From contig CDROCS010000088.1 in assembly GCA_977020255.1 (NCBI GenBank), positions 1 through 64,000 on the forward strand: DNA of 64,000 nt. The letters are read 5' to 3'. Shown in pieces: positions 37,996 to 50,898 of the stretch. Each line of letters begins with the position of its first letter. Position 1 is the first letter of the stretch. A program made the position numbers and the translations under genes. The notes below the pieces were generated by a model. The model was given only the letters and a program-made list of their open reading frames with translations. It made no database searches and had not been told where the DNA came from. Origin of the DNA: Obrimoposthia wandeli. Taxonomy: Eukaryota.

Positions 37996-39559
37996 CTCAC
38001 AGCAACCGTTACCATGTGTCTTTCGGAACAAATATGAAATCACCGTTGCTATGACGTCATCGACTAATATTTTTTGTTTTTCTGAAGTACAAATTATTGT
38101 TTTTAATTTTCGATATATATTTTTTAATTTTCAAAAATTTATCGTTGATGCCAATTTAAGTTTTTTTTTTCAATTACTTTTAATTGCAATTAACAAATAT
38201 TTTTCAATAGTTTTATATTCTATTTGTAATTTCAAAGTAGATAATTTTATTTTAAATTATTCTTGCGAATACTTCAAGTGGAAATATATTGAAGTGTTTC
38301 TAAAAATAGAATATAAAGATTTTAAGGTTATTATAAACCATGTTAATTTAAATAATATTTTAATATATTATCCAAATGAAACAAAAGATCCTTTCATCAT
38401 AAAGACCTTTTGTTTATATACATCAAATTCAAAATATATTATTTAAACAAAAGTCATTTAAATAAATGTATTATGTATATTATAATTTTAATCAGGTCAA
38501 TGTATCTAGGTTATTATGTACCATGTGCATTTTATTTAAAAAATTAATTATATAAACTATCCATTGTTTTGTAAAATAGAATTCTTTTAACGCAACAATG
38601 AAATCAATTAGACCAAGAAGATTATATAAGAGATTTTTTAATTTCTTTTCATATTTTATAAAATGGAATACAACAGAAATTTTTTACTGAAGGAGCTTCT
38701 GACAGCGAGAAGTAGTATCGTGATGAAGGTTTGATGCTCTGGAAGTCTCTTGAAATAGAAGAGATCCCGTGCTTCATTAGTTGGTCTTCAAATGATCAAC
38801 CACTCATACTGCCACATAGAAACTGACAGTGAGATCTTACCATGCACGCAGAGATCAATCCTCATTAGGGCTACATAAGAAAGAGATGGGAGGGACACTA
38901 ACGTTTGTTGTATTTTGGGGGTCTTAAAACGTTATATATAATTTTAAAAAATTTGCTACTTACTATTGAAAGTAGCTAACTATCTACTTGTAAAAATTAA
39001 TTCCTAATTTTATTTAACTACTCATCAAAATAAGTAGTACATGATTTACTAAATTTTATTTATTTATTTACTCATCAATATTTTCTTCTTCTAAAATTTT
39101 TAGCTCTAATATATTTTCCCTCAGAAATTTTGATCTTCAAAATTTTACTTCATATTTTCTCTAATAAATTTATATAAATTATTGTTGTTGTTTTAATGCA
39201 TCAATTTAAATGCGCACAAATTCAAAATTTATATTATACATATATGTTTGTTCTGGTTACGAGGATTCGCAAAGTGATTTTACTGCATCATAAAATAAAA
39301 TAAAAAAAAGACAGGTTCATATATTTAAGCGTACTAAAATGCGGGCATCACTTCATCTTTCATAAGTCATCTCATATATCATATTATCTCAACATAATAA
39401 ATTTCATAACTTCCTCATCTCTCCATATCTTCATCTCGATTTTTCTACATGTTATGGATTATTATACAAATAAAATTTCACCAATTATTGCAGTTATTAA
39501 TATCTCAAAAACTTAAGAGTCAATTATTGTTAAGGCAATGCTATTTCTAATGTAGAATT

Positions 39560-42500
39560 CAATATAAACTTGGAATATATACCCAATAAAAATATTAAAA
39601 GTGATGTTTAGAAGAGAAATTAATAAAATTTAAATTGATTTAGAAGTGAAATTAAAGCATAGAGCATATATTAACAAAATGTTTAGGATTTTTAAAGGTT
39701 AACGGATGCGTTCAAGAGGTTTTAGAAGAGGATAAAGGGTTTAGAGCTGAATTTAGAGAATGCTTATCAGATAAATTACTACATAAAAGGGTCTAGAGAG
39801 GAAATTATTTTTAGAAGGCAAATTAAGGGTTAGGAGGTTTCTGAAGAGAAGGATCAAATTGATCGGGGTATTTAGAAGGTTTCAATATAAAAAGTGTAGC
39901 CTATATTGGTTTTTTAAGGGAAATTAAAATCTTAGGAGAGTTATTTTCGTGATGTTGAGTTGGATCAAATGATAATTTAACGGGATATTTCCGAGGTTTC
40001 AGAAGAGAAATTAACATATAGAAGGTGTTTTTGAGATGAAATCAGCATCTAGATGAGGTTTAGATAAAGGTGTTTTATATATGATTTATGATATTTAGAA
40101 CTTTAGAAGAGAAACAATGAGTTATTTATAGGATAATTTAAGAGGCTGTATATGATATTTAAGTGTTAAGGAAGGAAATTCAACGAGGTTGAGGAGAAAT
40201 CCAATATAAGGCTTTGAAGATGAAACGAATATGTTTTAAAGGAGATGCTTTAGAAGAGAAATCAATGTGATTTATGAGATTTGGGATATTTTGATGGTTA
40301 GTTATTATAAGACTACTGTTCTAAGGTGAAATTATTCGTAATATTTTATCAATATTGCAGACATAGCATGTATTGATATCTTTGCATTCTCCGATTTTAT
40401 CATGGTTACAGAGCGTGAATTTTCAAAAATAGTTATACTAAATATAGTGTATGTATTCTACCCATATTTCTATCATAAAAAAGAAAATTATAGCTAAATT
40501 AGATATGTTGCTAAAATTCTTCTATACCTCTTATCTGAAATATCCAATTCACTTTTTCAAAGGAAACGTATAGTAATGGGTTCTAAATATAGTAAACTTA
40601 GCTGGGAGACGATTAGATGGAGTAATTGCAGCAGAAACATAGTAATCCACTGGAAATTAAGTAAATTGGAACAGAGTTTGAATGTGTTCTGATTGGTTGA
40701 TGCAAAATTTTGCATGTTGGTTGCAAGGAAATAGAACACAGAGACTATAGTAATATTGTGTATGTGGATACTTAGAAAAATATATGCACAATACTCACAA
40801 AATATGTACAAGGTATTGCCTACAAAAATGTATCTAATTATAAAACATTACATTATATTCTATCTTTGTTATTATTCATATTTTCAAATCCATATTGTAT
40901 ATCGATATTGTTTATCATAAGAAAATAACAACTATAGGTTTCTGATAAATGTCGAAGAAACTGAAGGCATAATAAGTAAAAAAGGATATATCTACTAATT
41001 AAGTTCTAAAAGTGAATTATTTATGTGGATAAGTTCAGGAAATTATACTTGATGAGAAATTATGGTTAATTAGATTTAAAAGTAAAATATTGATAACTTA
41101 TTCAATATATGTTTGAAAGTAGGAAAATTTGATCATGGTTTGTGTATGAGTTTCAGAAGGAAATTAGAGGGCTTTAGACCGAAATCAAAGCATATATAGT
41201 AACAATTTAGAAGGAGTTTAGAAGGAAAAATGACATAAAAAACAAATTGATGTGGTGGTTCAGAGGATATGTTATCCAGATGCTTCTAGAAAAGAAAAGA
41301 ACAAGATGGATTTGAAATGAACGATGTTAATCCAATTTCAGCTCGGTTTAGAAGACACATTAATAAGATGTTTAACCAATTATTCATGTGGTTTAGAGCT
41401 GAAATTTATGATGTTTAGGCGGTTAAGAAGTAATTTCAGTAAATGCATGATATTTAGGAGATAGGTAAAGAAATTAACAAGGTGTTCAAAAAATATATGA
41501 TATTCAGGTGAATAAGAAGAGAATTTAATAAGAGAAATTTAAGCATAGAAGGTTAATTTGTGCTATTCAGATGTTTTAGAGGAAACATTATGTGATATTT
41601 AGTGATATTTGTTGTGAGCATTGTTTGAAACGTTTCAATAATTTGGGGAATCATCGACATTTAGTACTTGTGGATGTATTTACAACATTTCGAGGTCATC
41701 ACCAATGAGGGAACCTCACAATTTCTTCTTTATTCCAGATTATATATTATTTTACATATGTTTGCGCGCACTTTCAAGTTCTTAAAGACAGCTAGAAGAC
41801 CAAAAGCCGGATTTACTGTGGAATTAATCCCGAGATGTAACGGCTGTTTGAAGAAGATATTCGCAGAGGAATGACATTGGTAACTCTGAGGGTGATTCTA
41901 TTTTGTACATTGATGTTAACAATATTTGTTTCACTTTTTACCGGTTGGATATTTTACCCCAGGTAACTGACCCATTAGAAGAAATAATTCGTGAGCTCTA
42001 AGGATTTAAGCTGTTATTCTCATTTGATGGAAGTAGATATAAGTATTCCGAATAAATTACATGAAAAACTTGATGATTTTCTCTTAAAAAAGAATATTAA
42101 AAGACTTCTAAAAAATTATTTTAAGTCAATATCCAAAGTAGTCTGATTTGATCATTTTATTTGCAAGAGGTTAAAGAAGAGAAATTAATGATATTTAAGT
42201 GGTTCTAGAGGAGAAATTAAAGATGTTCACCCAATTTGATATATTTAGAGGGTTCTATAAAAATAATGTATTATTGGATGTTACTTTTAACTCATTTTAA
42301 GCATTACATTCCCAGTTGCTTCAAATGTAGGCTAAAATAGATTTCATACATATAGCAATTCGGTTTGCACAAACCCAACACAAAGAAAATAATTCAACAA
42401 AATGGGTACTAATGATTTAGAATGATTTTTAATTTGATATTTAGATGGATAGAAATTAATTTCAGGAAATTTGAAATATTTATGAAGAGAAAAATAACGT

Positions 42501-42620
42501 GGTGGTCAAGAGATTTAAGAAGATAAAAATAACAAGTATTTAGGTTTAAGAAGTGAAAAATAACGTGGTCTTAGAAGTTTTAAGAAGAGGAAAATAACAA
42601 GTATTGAGGTTTAAGAAGCG
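39560..42620 (+). repeat. Highly degenerate minisatellite-like region
   Basis: Many recurrences of a g.ttt(t/c)agaagagaaattaa-like motif. Confidence 0.5.
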
Positions 42621-45600
42621 AATTTGCAAGAGAAAATCGCAGAATCCATGAAAGCAGACCCATATCAAGAACGAAACATCATATATTATTTAAACTGATA
42701 AATATTTAAATATTTATTAATATTGTAGCCCTGTTAAATAACGGTATCTCATTTATAAAAACATATATAATGATGGATGTTTTAAATAACAGGCATAATG
42801 CTGCGTCTATAAAGGGAAGAATGAGGGAGAGAAAAAGATATAGCCAATTATTTATAATTAATTTGAATTTTGGCCTTACTTATATATATCAATTTCTATC
42901 TTTATTTTTGTTGGTTGAAATCAACTATGTTGCAATTATTTAACAATATTCTACATTGCAGTTATATAAACATATTTTACGTGGTAGTTGTTTAACCAAT
43001 ATGATGAACTTCAAGTTGTAAAAAACTAAGAGTTTCCTTATAATATTTGAGTTAGATGATCAAATGAGAGTGTAAAAGGAAAATATTGGAAATTTATAAG
43101 AATGAGAATGAATCTAATAATCAATAAACAAAAATCCAGATATATCTATCCAGATATATCTATCCATTACTATCATTTCTCTGTCTATCGTTTCATGAAT
43201 CTTATATCAAAAACTTTCAACATAACCCTAACTTTCAGAGAAATTTCTAAATACCATAAATACCATGAATTCTTACATTATCGTAGATACATATTGATTA
43301 TTTAAACACCGAAATTATCAATATTATTATCAAAATCCAGTCTCAGTAGTTCTTACAGTCTCATAAACCAGCATATAGTTACTGATCAATGGAGCTCATA
43401 ATGATACTTCTAATATAGTATTTTATAGAAATTTGGAGCAATGTAGCTAATAATGAAGAAGACATAGATGTTTTAGACAAAGAATGCATTATTTAGATGT
43501 TTTAGAAGTTAAATTGATTATTTTCTCTTATACAAGACCACATACAATTCATTAATTTAATAACATGTTATGAACCTATATAGCTTCACAAAGAAACTTA
43601 TACAAAAATTAGCAATAATACACATATTTCATTAATATCATATAACATATGTTGTAAAATTCTGATAAAACCTTGATTATTGAAATTTAACAATAATGTA
43701 CGTAATTCATCAATATTACTAACGGATGATGAAAATAACTTTAGGGAGATTATTGATTATTTTCTAAAAATATCTCAAACATGTTTTGTTTTACAAAAAT
43801 CTTTATATATACATGTTTTTGAAACTTTTTGAGACTATTAGTAAATATTTGCAACTTTTTACAATTTTTTGTGAAAATGATATTTTTTTCTAAACGTTTT
43901 CTATTTTTAATTAGTTAAAATTTCTTAGAGAGTTTATTAAACTGATTCAATAAATATCAATAACGTTCAAATATAACCCTAACTTTCAGAAAGATGTCCA
44001 AAACTTCTTAATTGATCATAAATAAAACCATTGAAAGTTATACCGAAATTATCTATATTATCAAATGAAAACCCAAAATTGTCATATTCAAGCAATTCAT
44101 CTACATCCATTCTATCAAGTTAATCATCATTACGGTTTAGGTATGATATTTCTAAAGATAGCGTAGTTTCTCACCATTTTATTGAGGTATTCATATCACT
44201 ATTCATTACTATCATTTCTCTATCTATCGTTTCATAAGTAATCTGATTCAATAAATATCAATATTTCTATCAATATGTTCATAACCTGAACTTTTAAGAC
44301 TTCTTTCTTATAAATATTAATAAATAATTATAAAGGAAAAATAAAGAAACGAAATATAAAACATTTATTTATTAATTCCATCGAGTATTTTCCAAACAGG
44401 AGTCACCAATCTGTTGGGTCCGATCTTGTATCCTTGTATCCTTTGATAATTAATTTGGGTTCTTGCAGGTGATACTCACGATTGATTTTTGTAAGTATTT
44501 GATTGATTTTCTCAATATATGCTTTAATATTATCAGAAATTAAGTAATCGAATTTGAGTTTTTTTTAACGATACTGGATATATAAAATTGTAATGGATAG
44601 GCTTCCGGAGAAAATGCATATCATATCCGTGAAAAGTACGGACACGCTGGTATAAATCGGTAATTGCTTGCATGTTTAACAATATTAATGAAATATCTAT
44701 TCCTTTATATAAAACTGAAACTAAAATTAACCATTGAGAAAATATGTTGTAATGTTACTAAAATAGAACAAATGCAGAAAAAATGAATAGTTGCAAAACG
44801 TTGCAATGTGGTCTAAAAAAGATTTTTCAAATATTATATAAGAATCAGTTTATAATAATTAAAACATGTTTCTTCATAATATCAAAAACAAGGTTAGAAA
44901 TTCAGCGGAGATTGGAGTATATTTAATATATGATATCGAGATCAATGATCTATGCTTGCTTCGAAATCGGATTGATCTTTTTTTCCTAGGTTGCAATCTT
45001 AGGTAATTTACAGATAAGAAACTGCGGAGGTGAACATTGGAAATTTGATAAGACTTGGCTGAGGGGAGAGAAGTATGCTGTTACAATCAAATTTTAAGGA
45101 ATCAGGGTCAATCCATACTTTCGAGTTAGTACAAAATGGAAGATTGTCACTGCTCGTCATATTCCTTGCTAATAAATGTTATTGTTGTATTATCTTGTAT
45201 TTTAATCAACCACATAAAAATTAGTTGAAATAAACATAAGCTGATAGCAGGTCTTTGTTCCCGAAAACCACACAGTTTTCCAAAATACACGAAAATCGTC
45301 AAAAACTGATAATACTTGACCAAAATCGACCAAAATTGATCGACATTTACGTATAATTAATTTTTTTAAAAAAATTGTCAATAATATTACAATTTTGAAA
45401 AAAAATTGACAAAACTCTCAAAAAATATTTCTGGCGTTGGTTCTAGGTAGGGATCAAAATGTCTTTGTTCAAAATATCTCTACTTATCCTGTACACAACA
45501 TATTAACAAATCATAAAAACCTCAGAGACTAGGATGTGTTGGCCACATCCATCTATAAGCCATATCACTACAGAACTCACGTTGCAAGCCTCTGTACGAG

Positions 45601-46329
45601 GATTCTAAGTTTCAAAAGTAAACTCATATATAATGAAGAAAAAAAAATGGAGAAAAAGTAGGGTTTTTTAAAAAGCACAATTTCAAACTAAAAGTTCTTT
45701 GCCTTTGAATTTTTAAAAAAAATTAATTATAAGTCTAGATTTTGAAAATTAAGCCGATTATTTCTGCAGTGTGATAAGAATCAAGTTTTATTTTCTTAAA
45801 TACCTAGAAAAATCGTATTCATATTATAGAAAAATAACTTCATTTTCAGAAATAAATAAGATCAAATATAGATTACAAAAGTAATTATATAAAAGCTAAT
45901 TGAAGAAGAAGTTTTGACATTTACCCGTTGCAAAACAACAGTTTAAAAACATGGGTTTGAATCATTAAAGAGGTTAAATATTTTTATGCAGTTTTTAGAT
46001 AATTTGTCTAATTCAGAAATGTAATTTTCTTTTTCGATCTGCCTTTAACACTAGTAAGTTCTTTATTGTTAGACAAATGTATGTGTGTAATGTTGAGATT
46101 GTTGAAAGATGTAAAATAATACGCTTTGGAGAAAGCAAAGACTCATAGAGTAGCAAAGGTTAAAAGAAATTAAAGCCTGTATAGCTTGTTTCATCTTTAA
46201 TTGTAGAAGCTCAAAAATGCAATGAGTAGTTCAGGTTGGATGAGATTAATATACAAAGAGAAATCTAATTAAGAAAGACCAATTGAAATATTTTGCAGAT
46301 GAAACTAAAATTTTTTTAAAAGGTTAAGG

Positions 46330-47430
46330 GGTATCAAAAAGTACAAAGACTAAAACCATTTCTAGATGATTATATGTTAGTGAAGGCAAGTACACGAATA
46401 ATCCAAGCATAAGTTTTAGCTTATGACACTAAATACCCAATATTATCATAAAGAAATTGAGTAAGCTGATTACCACGAACATTGTAGACACTGGGTAGGT
46501 ATCCAATATGTATTAATCCAGCTTCAAAAATGTTTTAGATCTTGGAGGCAATGTAGATAATAAGAAAGGTCATAGTGTAATGTGTATTTTGTAACAAGCA
46601 CAGAGCGCAACATATGAAACAACAAAAGACACTGTTTCCAGCGAAAAATCGTGAAAAGTTCACGAGGACCGATAAGCATCTGGCTTTGTCAATTTCAAAT
46701 AATTGTGAATTATTCAACCGTGGGTTTCACAGCACAGCCGGATACAAGGCCGCACATTGACGACGCGATAACCGACATCGTCGACATCCGGACAGGGGTA
46801 ATTATTGTAAAAAGGGCGTTAATTGTCGGTTTCCGCAGAATTTGGAACAGCTCACGAATAATTTTGATTGATCATTTGAAAATAAACATCCAGACTGAAC
46901 CAATCGGTTACTGTGCCTAAGTACTCACCTATTCCGGCTACTGTCAGCATCGATTAAGCCCGGCTTAATTTTGCTTATTTTCTGGTCTTGGCCTCTCCAG
47001 ACTATTTTTGAATCAAATTCACATTCAGCCTAACCGGCTTATTGTTCAGCCCCACACAACACAACAATAATTTTAGGGATTTTACGTGTATCTTGCACAC
47101 AACTCATTAACACACCACAAAACCTTCAGAGACTAGAATAGATCGGCCATATCTACATGTAAGCTCTATCACTACAGAACTCACGCTAGCGGCCTACATA
47201 GGAGGATTCTTGAGTTTGAAAGAAAACCCCAACACTAGTGTACTACACTTCAGTGGAGTTTATGAAAAAAATGTGAAATCAGAGAGGCAGATAATGATGA
47301 AGGTAATACGACAAACGGATGAGGATTTGGAGACAATATTGATTGATGTAGAACAAATTTTAAATTCTCGTCCGATTATCTACAAGAGTAAGGACGAAAA
47401 GGTGTTACACCCAATTATTTTTAATACCTA
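46330..47430 (+). pseudogene. Scattered BEL/Pao integrase-region remnants
   Basis: PFLDDYMLVKASTRI..YDTKYPIII (~46360-46450) and DEDLETILIDVEQILNSRPIIY (~47320-47385). Confidence 0.6.
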
Positions 47431-49950
47431 ATGGAGTATAGGCAACTTCAAAACTTCAGTTACTTTTCCCTTTAGTATAGTATTTGTTAATTAAAGTATT
47501 TATATTTGTTTAACTTTCGATTTACGTATAATACAAATTAAGATTTTCTAAATGAAATATAACCACCAGAACATAGAGAATTGCTTGTGTACCATATAGT
47601 TTTTAAACAAAGAAATTATCTAATTCGGTTAAAATAATTTGAAGTTAAATATTTTCATTTATTTCTAAGGTACAAAAATCAACTAAAGCTAAAAATGTCT
47701 GAAAATGAAAGATTTCCGATCATTTAAGTTTCTAAAATTTAAATGATGGCCCATGTCAACTATTATTAAGTTGTTATCAGAACCCATATAAATATTCCAT
47801 TACTGTGTATCCATTATCTAGTCATCTACCACCTGCTGGCGCCAGAAACAAGAAGTAAGTTAGGGACAAAATGTAAAGATAAACGACTAATATCGTTGCA
47901 ATGAAACTATTTGATAAACAATAATTCAGCGAAAAAAAATTGTTTGACTTCATTTTATTATTTTTCAAAAGTTTGGTTAGCGTAATTATCCAAATTCTAA
48001 ATGCCAGTTTACTTGCATACCCTTTTATTGAACCTTTTTATTTATTTTCCATAATGAAAGTCAAAGATGTTGAGACTGCATTTGTATTGAACTTTTAAAA
48101 ACTTCTGCAGATTAATTTCAAATATATAAACAAATTATTCACATGTCCTGTGATGTTGTATGACATCATTCCTGGTACACTGGTCTTCTTCTCAATTCTC
48201 CGAACATTAGAGCTGGATTGTCTGCGTCTATTGCTTGCTCATCTTGTGGGGTCACGAGATTACAATTCTCGTCCGTTTCTTTGAAAATCTCTGTCGCAGT
48301 CGGCCTTATATGGGAGATATACGTTGTCGATGGATTTGTCCCTGTCACTGTTCCTATCTGCCATTGACTTGTGCACCTTCCATCCGTTGGCTTGGCGTAG
48401 ACTTGGTCGTCAGTCCTGTACTAACCGGCTTCAATATCTTGATCATGATCTTGAGGAGACTCCATTATCTGCTTGATTTTTGGAGTTGTGTTATATAAAA
48501 AAAACATTTTGATTAGGCTTCTATTTGTTCGCACTGCCATTCTTTTGATTGTTCTTTGGAATCACTCTACTATCCCATTTCCCTGATGGCGATACGCATA
48601 CCTGAAAAGTAAACAGGCGCACTCCCTCATTTGCAAATCTCTGACAACGCACAAAAACGAAAGCTTCATGAATAATCACATACAATTTCTTTTACTGATC
48701 GTCTTTCTAAGAAACTTCGACGAAGAACATTCGATTTGTTACCAGACATCTTCATTTGGTATCTTTTTCCAAATTGCAAAACAGCTAGGACCACTGTCCA
48801 CAATTGTTAAATATAATAAATAACGATAATATGTAACATCAATTGCAAGCCAGAACCATTCATCATCAACACTTAAACTCCCTTGCTCCCAATATATCGG
48901 TTTGGGATCAATGGATTTACACTTGGCAACTTTGAATAATTTTTAAAATTTCTTTATCATCGATTTCTGTTTCCTGTATCTTTATTAAATATGCTGTCAT
49001 ATCAAAGCCGATTTATTTAATATCTAGTCATTCCAACTACTCCAACTGTCATGTTATTTAAACAGACTCTCGGTACTCTGGTGAGTCTATCAGCTATGTT
49101 CTTTTCCGATCTTACTGTTACTGTAATTTATATGTTCATTTCTTCTTGAATGTTTTTGATGATAACTAACCGTCTCTTTTTTAGAAATTCTGAACTACCT
49201 CGAGTTAGGAATTTACCTTCACCAGTCAATGAGCCGAAATCCACCAAAAGACCGTTTGTGAGTCGGTTATGATCTCAATATTATTCAACCCCATGAAACT
49301 CCCAGGGTGAGGCCCGTTACCACAGCATCAAGTCTAGCAACATTGATGTGTCCGTAATCTGTCTTTTTCCTAAGATGTGATATATCTTCTATTACTCCAT
49401 TGTCGATTTTAACACGAGCACCTAACGCAATATTAATTGCATAACACTATATACGACTTTTTTTTTACTCCCACGTAAACCCTAACCATTTGTCTTACAG
49501 AATCTTCAGTTTTGACCTTGTGTAACACAAAGCTTAACATATTATTTGTTACATCATCATTCTCATCTTCCCATACTATTCCTTCTGCTGTTCTCTTGAT
49601 GTAGCTACAGGCCAATCTTAGCCAACTGGATAGTGTCCAACCACTTGACCACATACTGAGAAAAGCTTACGAGTTATTGGCAAATCACAGTTTGGTTCAT
49701 CGACTTTGTTGTTTATTGATCACATAAGATAATCATTTACCTTTTTTAGACGCAATCCCAGAACTCTTGCCCTATCGATTGGTTCCGGATCTTTCGAGAC
49801 TAGTCCATATTTTAATATATGTTTCTTGACTGTATCTACACTTATTTTACTTGTGTCAACGACAATGTCATATATAACTATCTGTTGCATCAATTATTGT
49901 GTGATATAAAGATAGAACTTTCATTAATATTTTAGTCATAATTCGAGGTG

Positions 49951-50830
49951 AGTAGGTGGAAGGATGGAGTCTAAGCCACTTGACCCCCCCCCAAAGGGTG
50001 TCACTCCATAAGGATGTCACACCATAAAAGGTGTCTTGCCACACCATAAGGGTATATGTTGCCTCACCTCTGGTGAGGCAACATATACCCTTATGGTGTG
50101 GCAAGACACCTTTTATGGTGTGACACCCTTATGGTGTGACACCCTTTAGGGGGAGGGGGGTCAAGTGGCTTAGACTCCATCCTTCCTTGATATACTACTA
50201 TGGTCGTCCATAGTTTAAAGGGTCAAGTGGCTTAGTCTCCACTCTTCTTTTTGAGATATACCACTATGAAAGGGTCAAGTGGCTTAGTCTCCACCCTTCT
50301 TTTTGAGATATACCACTATGAAAGGATCAAGTGGCTTAGTCTCCACCCTTCTTTTTGAGATATACTACTATGAAAGGGTCAAGTGGCTTAGTCTCCACCC
50401 TTCTTTTTGGCTAACTACTAATTCAAAGGATCAAGTGGCTTAGTCTCCACCCTTATTTTTTGTGATCTAGTCCATAATGAAAATTTATGATAAAGTTCAC
50501 ACTTAACAATTAAGAATGTATGACGTAATCATACACACACTATTCTATGTGAAATTTATACTAAGTTCACTCTTATTAGTTAAGAATGTATTACGTAATC
50601 ACACACATACTATTCTATGTGAAAATTTATGATAAAGTTCACTCTTATCAGTTAAGAAATGTGGTTTTTAACACACACATACACTATTTTACGTGAAATT
50701 TAAACTAAAGTTCACTCTTATCAGTTAAGGAATGTATTACGTAATCACACACATACTATTCTATGTGAAAATTTAGATCAAAGTTTTTTCCCAGGCTTAC
50801 ACATCTAAAGAATTATGTTAAAATTTGTAT
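49951..50830 (+). repeat. Left TIR of B: 229-bp palindrome, five 52-bp repeats, ~65-bp AT-rich repeats
   Basis: Palindrome 49958-50186 centred on gcctcacc-TCT-ggtgaggc. tcaagtggcttag cores at 52-bp period (units at 50221, 50273, 50325, 50377, 50429). Confidence 0.95.
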
Positions 50831-50898
50831 TAAATCAAAATTAAATCAAAAATAAATAAGAAAGAAGTCAGAGAATAATACAAAATTAAACACATTTA

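Noticed and set aside
37964-38446. 160-aa ORF and similar Phe/Ile/Asn-rich ORFs between 22 and 45 kb
   Set aside because: Their composition reflects AT-rich non-coding DNA, with GTG/TTG starts and no motifs.
49868-50104. ORFs 49868-50104 and 61720-61908 with identical N-termini
   Set aside because: They arise from the TIR palindrome reading into flanking DNA and are not genes.
50221-50460. 52-bp repeat array looks superficially like a CRISPR array
   Set aside because: Eukaryotic context, and the units are tandem copies with no unique spacers.
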